Assembly (NCBI GenBank): GCA_033854915.1
Contig: JAWWPM010000053.1
Span: 1-54,324, forward strand
DNA from: Nocardioidaceae bacterium
GTDB lineage: Bacteria > Actinomycetota > Actinomycetes > Propionibacteriales > Nocardioidaceae
Length of the DNA stretch: 54,324 nt
Reading direction: 5' to 3'
This document shows, in pieces, positions 8,540 to 17,700 of the stretch; position 1 is the stretch's first letter, and every line of letters begins with the position of its first letter. Position numbers and translations under genes: made by a program. The notes beneath the pieces are model-generated. The model searched no databases and was not told the origin of the DNA. It worked only from the letters and a program-made list of their open reading frames with translations.

Positions 8540-9373
8540 TCAGCCGGAAGGCCAGGAGAGCCCGCGGACCACCGTCTGGTTGTGGGTCAGGGCCCGGGTG
8601 TCGTGGCCGAACGCCCACGACCACACCACGGCGGTGCCGGAGACCGGCAGGTCGAACGCGGTGTACTCGGCGGTCATGTCGCCCCAGATGCCGGTGACCG
8701 CGCCGTCCTGGAAGGTGACCGGATGACAGGGCTGACCCGACGGCGAGGTCGCGCACCTGCCGGGGCCATGGCCGTGGTGCGGTCTCACGGCCACCCGGAC
8801 CTGCCAGGCAGGGCGCCCGTCGATCGTCGTACGACGCAGCGACGTGGCCCGCAGGTAAGGCCGGGCCGCCAGCCAGTGGATGAAGCCGCCGGGGGTGGCA
8901 GGGACGCCGGGCGCCGCGAGGGATGCGGGTGAGGCCGCCACCACACCCTCCAGCACGGAAACACCGGCGGATCCGCTGTGCGCATAGCTCTCGGCCAAGT
9001 GGACGGTCGCGCCGGCGCCGGAGTTCACGCCGTACCCACGCGGGATGTGCCAGGTGACCGGGGTCTGGAGGGCGAAGTCGTAGGTGCGGTGGCCGTCGCA
9101 GGTCACCATCGGATCGGAGCAGACGGGTTGCTGAAGACCCGGTGTCGGGCGGGGGGGCGCCGGGTCGGGCGTGGTGTCGTGGTGACCGAAGCCGGCGCCG
9201 CCCCACCAGGCCGCCGCGGCAACCGCGGCGACGACGAGTGCGGCCGTCGCGCGCGAGCGGCGCTGCCGCCGCGTGTGCGCGACGTGCAAAGCGCCCAGGC
9301 CCGCGTCGACATCGGCCGCGGTGTGGGAGCGGAGGTCCTCGGACGCGGCCCGGGCGAGGTCGTGGATGCTCAT
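8540..9373 (-). CDS. Single-TM membrane protein, probable anti-sigma factor
   Basis: Overlaps the sigma stop; short cytoplasmic N-terminus, RRQRRSR + TM helix, Pro-rich linker, extracytoplasmic domain with Cys pairs. Confidence 0.65.
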   Translation of the reverse strand: MSIHDLARAASEDLRSHTAADVDAGLGALHVAHTRRQRRSRATAALVVAAVAAAAWWGGAGFGHHDTTPDPAPPRPTPGLQQPVCSDPMVTCDGHRTYDFALQTPVTWHIPRGYGVNSGAGATVHLAESYAHSGSAGVSVLEGVVAASPASLAAPGVPATPGGFIHWLAARPYLRATSLRRTTIDGRPAWQVRVAVRPHHGHGPGRCATSPSGQPCHPVTFQDGAVTGIWGDMTAEYTAFDLPVSGTAVVWSWAFGHDTRALTHNQTVVRGLSWPSG

Positions 9374-9951
9374 GCGGGCTCCTCCGTGTCGGCCAGGCGA
9401 GCTGCGAGCGCGGCGCGGGCCCGGGAGAGATGGGTCTTCACGCTCCCTTCGGCACAGCCCAGGGTCGTCGCGATCTCGGCCACCGGCAGGTCGAGCGCGT
9501 AGTAGAGGACGGTGGCCTGCGCCTGGCGGCGCGGGAGTCGACGCACCTCGGCCCAGTAGCGCTCGGTGTCCGGGTCCAGGTCGTCGAGCCGCGCCACCGG
9601 CCGTACGGCGTACCGCTGCACGGCACGACCCTCGGCCAGCAGCCGCCGGGTCGTTGACCGTCCCTTGTGCAGGCAGATCCCACGGACGTAACCGGCCGGG
9701 CTGTCCAGCACCGCGATCTGGGACCAGCGCCGGTAGGCCACCAGCATCGACTCCTGGGCGATGTCCTCGGCGGCCGCCGATCCGGAGAGCGCCCGCGCCA
9801 GCACCAGGAGGCGCGGGTACTCGCGGCGGTAGAAGGCCTCGAACGGCTCCGCCGACGGGACGGGCTCGGTGGCGGGCGCGACCACGACGCCCGGCGGTTC
9901 GTCGACGAGGTCGAGCACGGCCGGTGCTCGCCTCCGGAAGGTCTTGGCCAT
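9370..9951 (-). CDS. ECF RNA polymerase sigma factor
   Basis: Region 2 AEDIAQE..LVAYRRW; region 4 LPRRQ...EIATTLGCAEGSVKTHLSRAR; start uncertain. Confidence 0.9.
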   Translation of the reverse strand: MAKTFRRRAPAVLDLVDEPPGVVVAPATEPVPSAEPFEAFYRREYPRLLVLARALSGSAAAEDIAQESMLVAYRRWSQIAVLDSPAGYVRGICLHKGRSTTRRLLAEGRAVQRYAVRPVARLDDLDPDTERYWAEVRRLPRRQAQATVLYYALDLPVAEIATTLGCAEGSVKTHLSRARAALAARLADTEEPA

Positions 9952-10079
9952 GTCAGGTGATCGCTTGAGAGGAGGCTCCCGGTTTACCACCCACGCCGAC
10001 TTTCTGGCGAGACCGGCGCAGCGACCCGGCCGGTAGGCTGGGGCCTCGCCGCCCCTGCTCTACAGCGAGGTGACACCCC

Positions 10080-11570
10080 GTGACGTTCGACGTCCATCAG
10101 CTCGACACGTTCCTGCTGATCGGGGCGGGAGTCACCCTTCTGGCGATACTGGCCGTCCGGGTCTCCACCCGGGCCGGCCTGCCCAGCCTGCTGCTCTACC
10201 TGCTGATGGGGGTCGCTCTCGGCGAGTCCGGGCTGGGGATCCGCTTCGAGAACGCCGAGCTGGCCCATGCCCTCGGCTTCGCGGCCCTGGCTGTGATCCT
10301 GGCCGAGGGCGGTCTGACCACGAGCTGGCGCGAGGTGAGACCGTCGCTGCCCCTGGGGCTCTCCCTGGCGACGGTGGGGGTCGCGGTCTCGGTCGTCATC
10401 GTCGCGCTCGCCGCTCACTTCGTGCTCGGGCTCCCGTGGCAGCTCTCGGTGCTGTTGGGCGCGGTCACCTCGCCGACGGACGCGGCGGCGGTCTTCTCGG
10501 TACTGCGTGGGCTGCCGGTCTCTCCGCGCCTGGTCGGCGTGCTCGAGTCGGAGTCCGGGCTGAACGACGCCCCGACGGTCGTCCTGGTCACCCTGATCTC
10601 GACCGGCTCGGTGGCCGCGCACGGGGCCCTGGCGACGGTGGGCGTGGTCGTCTTCGAGCTCGCCGCGGGTGTGCTGATCGGGTTGGCGGTCGGCATCGGC
10701 GGGGCCTGGCTGATGCGGCGTGCGGCCCTGCCGTCGTCCGGCCTCTACCCGCTCTCGGTGCTGTGCCTGGCCCTGTTCGCGTACGCCGCGGCCGCCACCG
10801 CCCATGCCTCCGGCTTCGCCGCGATCTACCTCGCTGCCCTGGTGCTCGGCAACTCCGACCTCCCGCACCGTACGGCCACCCGGTCGTTCGCCGAGGGCCT
10901 GGCCTGGCTGGCCCAGATCGGGTTGTTCGTGATGCTCGGGCTGCTCCTCTCGCCGGGCCGGATCTCGCTCGGGACGGTCGGCCTGGCCCTCGTCGGCGGG
11001 ATGGTGCTGACCTTCGTGGCCCGGCCGCTCTCGGTGCTGGTCAGCTCCGTCGTGCAGCCGATGCCCTGGCGCGACCTGGCCTTCGTGTCGTGGGGCGGCC
11101 TGCGCGGCGCGGTGCCGATCGTGCTCGCGACGATCCCGCTCGCGGAGCACGTGACCGACTCCGCGCGGCTGTTCGACATCGTCTTCGTGATGGTCGTGAT
11201 CTACACGCTGCTGACCGGACCGACGCTCCCGCTGGTCGCCCACCGCCTCCGCGTGACCCGGCGCTCCGAGCCGCGCTCGCTGGACCTCGAGGTGGCGCCG
11301 CTGGAGCGGGTCGCGGCCGACATGCTGCAGGTGACGATCAGCCCGGTGTCACGGATGCACGGCGTCGAGGTCGGCGAGCTGCGGCTCCCCGAGGGCGCGT
11401 CGGTGTCGATGGTGGTGCGCGACGGCCGGGCGATGGTGCCCGAGCGGCGTACCGTCCTGCGGCGCGGTGACGACGTCCTGATCGTGACCCCGCGCGGCCT
11501 GCGCGAGGGCACGGTGCAGCGGTTGCGCACGGTGTCCGCGCACGGCCGGCTGGGCCGCTGGCTCGACTGA
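10080..11570 (+). CDS. K+/H+ antiporter (CPA1, NhaP2/CvrA type) with TrkA-C domain
   Basis: SPTDAAAVFSVL, ESESGLNDA, WGGLRGAVPIVLA. Confidence 0.9.
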   Translation: MTFDVHQLDTFLLIGAGVTLLAILAVRVSTRAGLPSLLLYLLMGVALGESGLGIRFENAELAHALGFAALAVILAEGGLTTSWREVRPSLPLGLSLATVGVAVSVVIVALAAHFVLGLPWQLSVLLGAVTSPTDAAAVFSVLRGLPVSPRLVGVLESESGLNDAPTVVLVTLISTGSVAAHGALATVGVVVFELAAGVLIGLAVGIGGAWLMRRAALPSSGLYPLSVLCLALFAYAAAATAHASGFAAIYLAALVLGNSDLPHRTATRSFAEGLAWLAQIGLFVMLGLLLSPGRISLGTVGLALVGGMVLTFVARPLSVLVSSVVQPMPWRDLAFVSWGGLRGAVPIVLATIPLAEHVTDSARLFDIVFVMVVIYTLLTGPTLPLVAHRLRVTRRSEPRSLDLEVAPLERVAADMLQVTISPVSRMHGVEVGELRLPEGASVSMVVRDGRAMVPERRTVLRRGDDVLIVTPRGLREGTVQRLRTVSAHGRLGRWLD

Positions 11571-11590
11571 GGACGTTCCGACCCGGCGGA

Positions 11591-11689
11591 GCCGGGGCGG
11601 AACGTACGAGGGAGCGCCGCGCCCGCTCGCGGGCAAGGCGGTGGACCCGCGCCGGGGCGGAACGTGCGAGGGAGCGCCGCGCCCGCTCG
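11591..11689. repeat. Two 39-bp direct repeats (1 mismatch), 60-bp period, REP-like
   Basis: gccggggcggaacgt(a/g)cgagggagcgccgcgcccgctcg at 11591-11629 and 11651-11689, between convergent genes. Confidence 0.85.
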
Positions 11690-11693
11690 AGCC

Positions 11694-12206
11694 TCAGCCG
11701 GTCGGCGGCGAGCAGACCGTGGTCGGCTGGACGACCTTGACCGACGACAGGCCGGGGACCAGCTTCTGGAACCTCGTGCCGACGACCACGATGATCCCCG
11801 GGCCGCTGTGGGTCTTCTTGATGACGTGGGCGAGCTTGCCGAGGCGGCTGACCACGAGCCGGACCGCGGGGTCGTTGGGGTTCTTGCTCCAGACCTGGGC
11901 GAACGCGACCGCGGTGCCCTTGGGGGCGTTGCCGACGCTGCCGGGTCCGAAGCCCTGGTCCTCGAACTCCGACATGGTGCGCTCGGCCAGCCCGACCCGG
12001 TCGCTGGCGTTGAAGACGCTGACGACCACCTTGGGTGCCGAGACCCGGTCCCCGGGCTGGAGGGTGGTGGTGGCGCACGGCCCCTGCGAGGCGGTGTGCG
12101 GGAACGGCGAGGTCAGCGACGACCAGCCCCAGGTGACCCCGATCAGCACGAGCACCGCGAGGACGGCGAGGGTGAGCAGCGTCTTCACGTGCTGGGTGAA
12201 GTTCAC
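11694..12206 (-). CDS. LytR C-terminal domain membrane protein
   Basis: N-terminal TM; VSVFNASDRVGLA..GF...VGNA and IIVVVG motifs; GTGA overlap. Confidence 0.8.
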   Translation of the reverse strand: MNFTQHVKTLLTLAVLAVLVLIGVTWGWSSLTSPFPHTASQGPCATTTLQPGDRVSAPKVVVSVFNASDRVGLAERTMSEFEDQGFGPGSVGNAPKGTAVAFAQVWSKNPNDPAVRLVVSRLGKLAHVIKKTHSGPGIIVVVGTRFQKLVPGLSSVKVVQPTTVCSPPTG

Positions 12207-12502
12207 GCCTCCACCACCTCGTGCACGCGGGCGTGCAGCACCTGCCGCTGCTGGAGGGCTGCGCGCAGGGCCCGGTGCAGGCCGTCCTCGAGGTAGAGCT
12301 CCCCGTGCCACCGGACGACGTGGGCGAACAGGTCGCCGTAGAACGTCGAGTCGTCGTCGAGCAGGGCGTCGAGCCGGAGCGTGTCCTTGGTGGTGATCAG
12401 CTCGTCGAGGCGGATCTGGCGCGGCGGGAGCGCGGCCCACGCACTGGACGTCAGCTCGTGGGGTGGGTACGGACGATCGTCCCCGACCCGCTTGAAGATC
12501 AC
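12203..12502 (-). CDS. Conserved small actinobacterial protein with a ParB/Srx-like DGxHR motif
   Basis: MIFKRVGDDRPYP...LYLEDGLHRALRAA. Confidence 0.75.
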   Translation of the reverse strand: MIFKRVGDDRPYPPHELTSSAWAALPPRQIRLDELITTKDTLRLDALLDDDSTFYGDLFAHVVRWHGELYLEDGLHRALRAALQQRQVLHARVHEVVEA

Positions 12503-12553
12503 GCGCGGAGTCTACTGAGCACACCTGTGCGTCCCTCCGTCTACGCTGCCCCC

Positions 12554-14092
12554 ATGACCGAGAGCCCCCTGGCCGAGGCCGTCGCGGCCGGCTACCGGTT
12601 CGAGGGCGCCGCCCTCGAGCTCGGCGGGCTGATGCTCGACGCGACCGAGCTGTCCGACGTCCACATCCGCATCCCGCTGGGCATGCTGAACCGGCACGGG
12701 CTGGTCGCCGGCGCCACCGGCACCGGCAAGACCAAGACCCTGCAGCTGCTGGCCGAGCAGCTGTCCGCGAGCGGCGTACCCGTCTTCGCCGCCGACATCA
12801 AGGGCGACCTGTCCGGCATGAGTACGCCGGGTAGCGAGGACGACAAGATCAAGGCCCGGGCCGGGTCGGTCGGTCAGACCTGGCAGGCCACCGGCTTCCC
12901 GGTCACCTACTACGCGCTCGGCGGCCAGGGCACCGGCATCCCGCTGCGGGTGACCATGACGTCCTTCGGCCCCCTGTTGCTGAGCAAGGTGCTCGGCCTC
13001 AACGAGACGCAGGAGTCCAGCCTCGGCATGGTCTTCCACTACGCCGACCAGGCCGGCCTGCCGTTGCTCGACCTCGAGGACCTCCGCGCCGTCGTCCACT
13101 TCCTCAACAGCGACGAGGGCAAGCCCGACCTGAAGGAGCTGGGCGGTCTGTCCGGGGCGACGGCCGGCGTGATCCTGCGCGAGCTGATCGCGTTCGAGGC
13201 CCAGGGTGCCGATACGTTCTTCGGGGAGCCGGAGTTCGAGTCGTCCGACCTGCTCCAGGTCGCCCCCGACGGTCGCGGCATGGTGTCGATGGTCGAGCTG
13301 CCCAACCTCCAGGACCGGCCGGCGCTGTTCTCGACGTTCCTGATGTGGCTGCTCGCCGATCTCTTCCACGACCTGCCCGAGGTCGGCGACGTCGACAAGC
13401 CCAAGCTGGTCTTCTTCTTCGACGAGGCGCACCTGCTGTTCAACGACGCCTCCAAGGCGTTCCTCGACCAGATCGCCCAGACCGTGCGGTTGATCCGGTC
13501 CAAGGGCGTCGGGGTGTTCTTCGTGACCCAGAGCCCGACCGACGTACCCGACGCGGTGCTCGCCCAGCTCGGCTCCCGCGTCCAGCACCAGCTCCGTGCC
13601 GCGACGCCCAACGACGCCAAGGCGCTCAAGCAGACGGTGAACACCTACCCCACCTCGTCCTACGACGATCTCGGCAAGGTGATCTTGTCGCTCGGCATCG
13701 GCGAGGCGATCGTGACCGTGATGAACGAGCGCGGTGCTCCGACGCCCGTGGCCTGGACCCGTCTGCGCGCGCCGGAGTCGCTGATGGGCCCGGCCGACGC
13801 TGCCGCGATGGACGCGTCGGTGAAGGCCGGCCCCGGCTATGCGCGCTACTCCCAGCCGATCGACCGTGAGTCGGCCAGCGAGAAGCTGGCGGCGCGGATG
13901 TCGGCCGGTGCCGAGAAGCAGGCCCAGGAGCAGGCGGCCAAGGACACCGCGAAGCCGGCCCCGAAGCCCAGGGCTGCCAAGCCCCAGGACAGCACGTTCG
14001 AGAAGGTCGTGAAGTCCAGCACCTTCCAGTACGCCGTGAAGTACGCCGCCCGCGAGGCCGTGCGCGGCATGTTCGGCATCGGCCGCCGCTGA
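12554..14092 (+). CDS. HerA-like P-loop ATPase (DUF853/YjgR family)
   Basis: NRHGLVAGATGTGKTKTLQ, ADIKGDLSG, FFFDEAHLLF, IRSKGVGVFFVTQ. Confidence 0.9.
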   Translation: MTESPLAEAVAAGYRFEGAALELGGLMLDATELSDVHIRIPLGMLNRHGLVAGATGTGKTKTLQLLAEQLSASGVPVFAADIKGDLSGMSTPGSEDDKIKARAGSVGQTWQATGFPVTYYALGGQGTGIPLRVTMTSFGPLLLSKVLGLNETQESSLGMVFHYADQAGLPLLDLEDLRAVVHFLNSDEGKPDLKELGGLSGATAGVILRELIAFEAQGADTFFGEPEFESSDLLQVAPDGRGMVSMVELPNLQDRPALFSTFLMWLLADLFHDLPEVGDVDKPKLVFFFDEAHLLFNDASKAFLDQIAQTVRLIRSKGVGVFFVTQSPTDVPDAVLAQLGSRVQHQLRAATPNDAKALKQTVNTYPTSSYDDLGKVILSLGIGEAIVTVMNERGAPTPVAWTRLRAPESLMGPADAAAMDASVKAGPGYARYSQPIDRESASEKLAARMSAGAEKQAQEQAAKDTAKPAPKPRAAKPQDSTFEKVVKSSTFQYAVKYAAREAVRGMFGIGRR

Positions 14093-14170
14093 TCGTCGGT
14101 CACCCCGGCTGTCCCCCCCTTGCCGTCTCAGCTGTGACGCGGCTTGTTACAAGGTGGGCCGGCGGGCGAC

Positions 14171-14761
14171 TCAGCGCAGCCGCACCGACGCCAGCACCGA
14201 CGCGACCAGCCGCTCCCGCTCCAGGCGGGGTACGGCGGTCTTGAAGCCGAGCTGGACCAGCCGGCCGCCGACGGGGTGTCCGTAGACCTCGTACCAGCGG
14301 CCTTGACCGGCCGGGCCGAGCAGGTGGAAGAACGGCGTCCCGTCGATGGTGACGTTTCCGCCGATTCTCGGGGAGCCGGTCCAGTCGTCGTTGCGGGCGA
14401 CGATCCGCTCGGCGCGGCCCAGCGAAGTGCCTGGGTAGATCGAGGTGTCGCTGTAGCTGAGCTCGTTGACGAAGTGCCGGTCGGAGGCGAACACGATCTC
14501 CTTGCCGAAGCTGTGGTCGAGCCGCCAACCGGCCGGGGCCCGGGCGGTGAACCGGGCCAGCCCGACCTTCGGTCCCGTCGCCGCGGGAGCAGAAGGCGCC
14601 GTCGGGGACGGCGAACCCGAGGTCGCGGAGGGCGAGCCGGGGGGAGTCGACGGCGGCTCGGCGGTGCCCGATGGGGAGCCGCCGCAGCCGGAGCCGACGA
14701 GCGCGAGCGCGGCGACCACGCCCGCCCACGTCGTACGACGTGCGGGGGACGAGAGCGTCAC
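14171..14761 (-). CDS. Probable lipoprotein, possibly PsbP/LpqN-like fold, translationally coupled to eccC
   Basis: GTGA overlap with the eccC stop; signal ending LVGSG-C, Ser/Pro linker, APAGW, C-terminal VASVLASVRLR. Confidence 0.65.
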   Translation of the reverse strand: MTLSSPARRTTWAGVVAALALVGSGCGGSPSGTAEPPSTPPGSPSATSGSPSPTAPSAPAATGPKVGLARFTARAPAGWRLDHSFGKEIVFASDRHFVNELSYSDTSIYPGTSLGRAERIVARNDDWTGSPRIGGNVTIDGTPFFHLLGPAGQGRWYEVYGHPVGGRLVQLGFKTAVPRLERERLVASVLASVRLR

Positions 14762-17700
14762 AGGCTGGGCTCCCGCCACGCCAGCTGGACCACCTCGACC
14801 CCGCGGTCGCGGGTCACCAGCCGCCCGCGCCCCGCCGGCGCGGGCATCGGGCGGACGTTGCCGATCAGGTTGCCCTCGTCGGGGCTGCCGGAGAGCACGA
14901 GTCCGGGCATGGCGAGGTCGCGCAGGGCCTGGATCACGGGCTCGTAGAGCGCCCGCGACGCCCCGCCCGACCGACGTGCGACCGCGAGGTGGAGCCCCAC
15001 GTCGCGCGCCTGCGCGAGCAGCGGCTGGAGCACCTGGACCGGCGAGCTCTGCTGGGTGGCCACCAGGTCGTAGTCGTCGACGACGATGAAGACCTCGGCA
15101 CCGGTCCACCACGACCTGTTGCGCAGCTGGTCGGGGGTCACGTCGGGTCCGGGGATGCGGTTCTCGAGGTACGACGCGAGGTCGGCCAGCGTGGGCGTGG
15201 CCTGCGCCGCCGAGGTCAGGTAGTTGAGCAGGTAGTCGTCGGGGACCTCGCCGAGCAGTGAGCGGCGGTAGTCGACGACGACGATCTGCGCCTCCTTCGA
15301 GGTGCGGGTGCGCATCACCTCGTGGACGTAGGCGCGCAGCGCGGCGCTCTTGCCGGACTGACCGTCGCCGAAGATCAGCCAGTGCGGCTCGGCGTCGGCG
15401 TCGAGCCCGATCGGCGCGAGCTCCTTCTCGTTGACGCCGAGCAGCAGCCGCCGACCGGCCAGCGCCTCCTCACCGGACTGGCCGAGGAGGTCGGGCACGG
15501 TGAGCTTCTCGGGCAGGAGCCGCAGCTTGGGACCGGTCGGCCCGCGCCACGCCTCGGTGACCCGGGCGACGAGGTCCTCCACGCCGTCGCCAAGGGAGGT
15601 GACGTCGGGCTCGCCGTCCACCCGCGGCAGGGCCGCCAGGAAGTGCAGCTTGCCCGGCACCAGGCCCCGCCCCGGCCGGCCCGGTGGCACCAAGATGGCC
15701 AGCTTGCGGTCGATCTCGGAGTCCATCGGGTCACCGAGCTTGAGCTCGAGCCGGGTCCCGAACAGGTCGCGGATCGCCGCGCGGTAGTCGGCCCAGCGCG
15801 ACGACGCGGTGACCACGTGGAAGCCGAAGGTGAGGCCACGCGACGCGAGCTGCTGGAGGTCGAGCTCGAGGTCGTCGAAGTCGGCGCGAAGCGTGCTCCA
15901 GCCGTCGACCACGAGGAACACGTCGCCGTACCCGTCGTCGGCGCGGCCCTGGGCCCGGCGGCTGCGGTAGGTCTCGATCGAGTCGATCCCGTTGGCGCGG
16001 AAGTAGGCCTCACGTCGGTCGACGATGCCGGTCACCTCCGCGAGGATCCGGCGTACGACGTCGGGCTCGGACCGCGTGCCGAGCCCGGCCAGGTGCGGCA
16101 GCGACCCCAGCCCCGCGAACGTGCCGCCCCCGAAGTCGAGCACGAAGAACTGTGACTCCAGCGGCGTCGTCGTCAGCGACAGGCTGGCCACCAGAGTGCG
16201 CAGCAGGGTGCTCTTGCCGGTCCGCGGGCCGCCGACCACCGCGACGTGGCCGCTGGCTCCGGACAGGTTGACGGTCAGGGTGTCGCGGCGCTGCTCGCGC
16301 GGCCGGTCGACGGTGCCGAGCGGCACCGTCAGCCCGCCGAGGGCCCGCCACTGGTGCGAGACCAGGCCCAGCTCGGGGTCGTCGGACAGGTCGGCCATCA
16401 GCTCGTCGAGGGTGTCGGGCACGTCGAGCGGTGGCAGCCACACCTGGTGGGCGGCCGGGCCGGTACCGTCCATCCGCCCGACCGCGACGTCGAGCAGCGT
16501 CTCCTGCTCACCGGTCGACGCGGGCCGCGGCTCCGGTCCGGTGTCGACGACGACGTCGGCCTCGGGCTGCTCGGGCAGCCGCACCTCGGTGATGGTCCAG
16601 GGCAGGATCCCCTGCACGACGCCGGCGTCGTCGCGCACCACCGACCGGGTGCGCCCGGCCGGCGGCCCCGACACGTAGGCACCCTTGAAGCGCAGCAGCG
16701 TCGACTGGTCGGGCTTGAGGAAGCCCAGACCGGGCATGGGCGGAAGCTCGTAGGCATCGGGTACGCCGAGCACCGTGCGGGACTCCTGGGCGGAGAAGGT
16801 CCGCAGGCCGACGCGGTAGGACAGGTGCGACTCGAGACCGCGCAGGCGGCCCTCCTCGAGCCGCTGCGAGGCGAGCAGCAGGTGCAGTCCGAGCGACCGC
16901 CCGAGCCGGCCGATGGCGACGAAGAGGTCGATGAACTCCGGCTTGGCCGACAGCATCTCGGAGAACTCGTCGACCACGATGAACAGCGACGGCAGCGGCG
17001 CGAGGTCCTCGCCCGCGGCCCGGGCGCGCTCGTAGTCGCGCACCGACGCGTAGTTGCCGGCGTCGCGGAGCAGCTCCTGGCGGCGCACCATCTCGCCGGA
17101 CAGGGCGTCCTGCATGCGGTCGACCAGGGTGAGCTCGTTGGCCAGGTTGGTGATCACGGCTGAGACATGGGGCATCGCGGACATCCCGGCGAAGGTCGCG
17201 CCGCCCTTGAAGTCGACCAGCACCATGTTCAGCTGCTCGGGTGAGTGGGTCAGCGCCAGGCCGAGCACCAGGGTGCGCAGGAACTCCGACTTGCCCGAGC
17301 CGGTCGCGCCGATGACCAGTCCGTGCGGGCCCATGCCCTGCTGGGCGGACTCCTTGATGTCGAGGTGGATCATCCCCCCGCCGTCACCCAGCCCGATCGG
17401 GACCCGCAGCCGGTCGCGGGCCGGGCGCTGCCGCCAGGCCGACGAGGGGTCGTAGCGGCGGACGTCGCCCAGGCCGAGCAGGTCCATGAAGTCCGACGGG
17501 CCCTTGATCTCGCCGGCCCCTGCCGGCTCGGCCTCGACGCCCGCGGTGACGACGTGCAGCGGGGCCAGGCGACGGGCCAGGGCCTCGGCCGTAGCCAGGT
17601 CGCACTGGTCTGCCGCAGCCCGGACCGGCGCCGCGCGCAACCGCAGCGCAGTGACCGGGAGCCGGCCGTCGGCGAGCTCGGCGCGGTCCTCGAAGAGCAG

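Noticed and set aside
8540-9951. ECF sigma as direct regulator co-transcribed with the cassettes
   Set aside because: A strong terminator separates them, and the promoter motif found is SigF/SigB-like rather than ECF-like
11591-11689. CRISPR array
   Set aside because: Only two repeats, a 21-nt spacer and no cas genes
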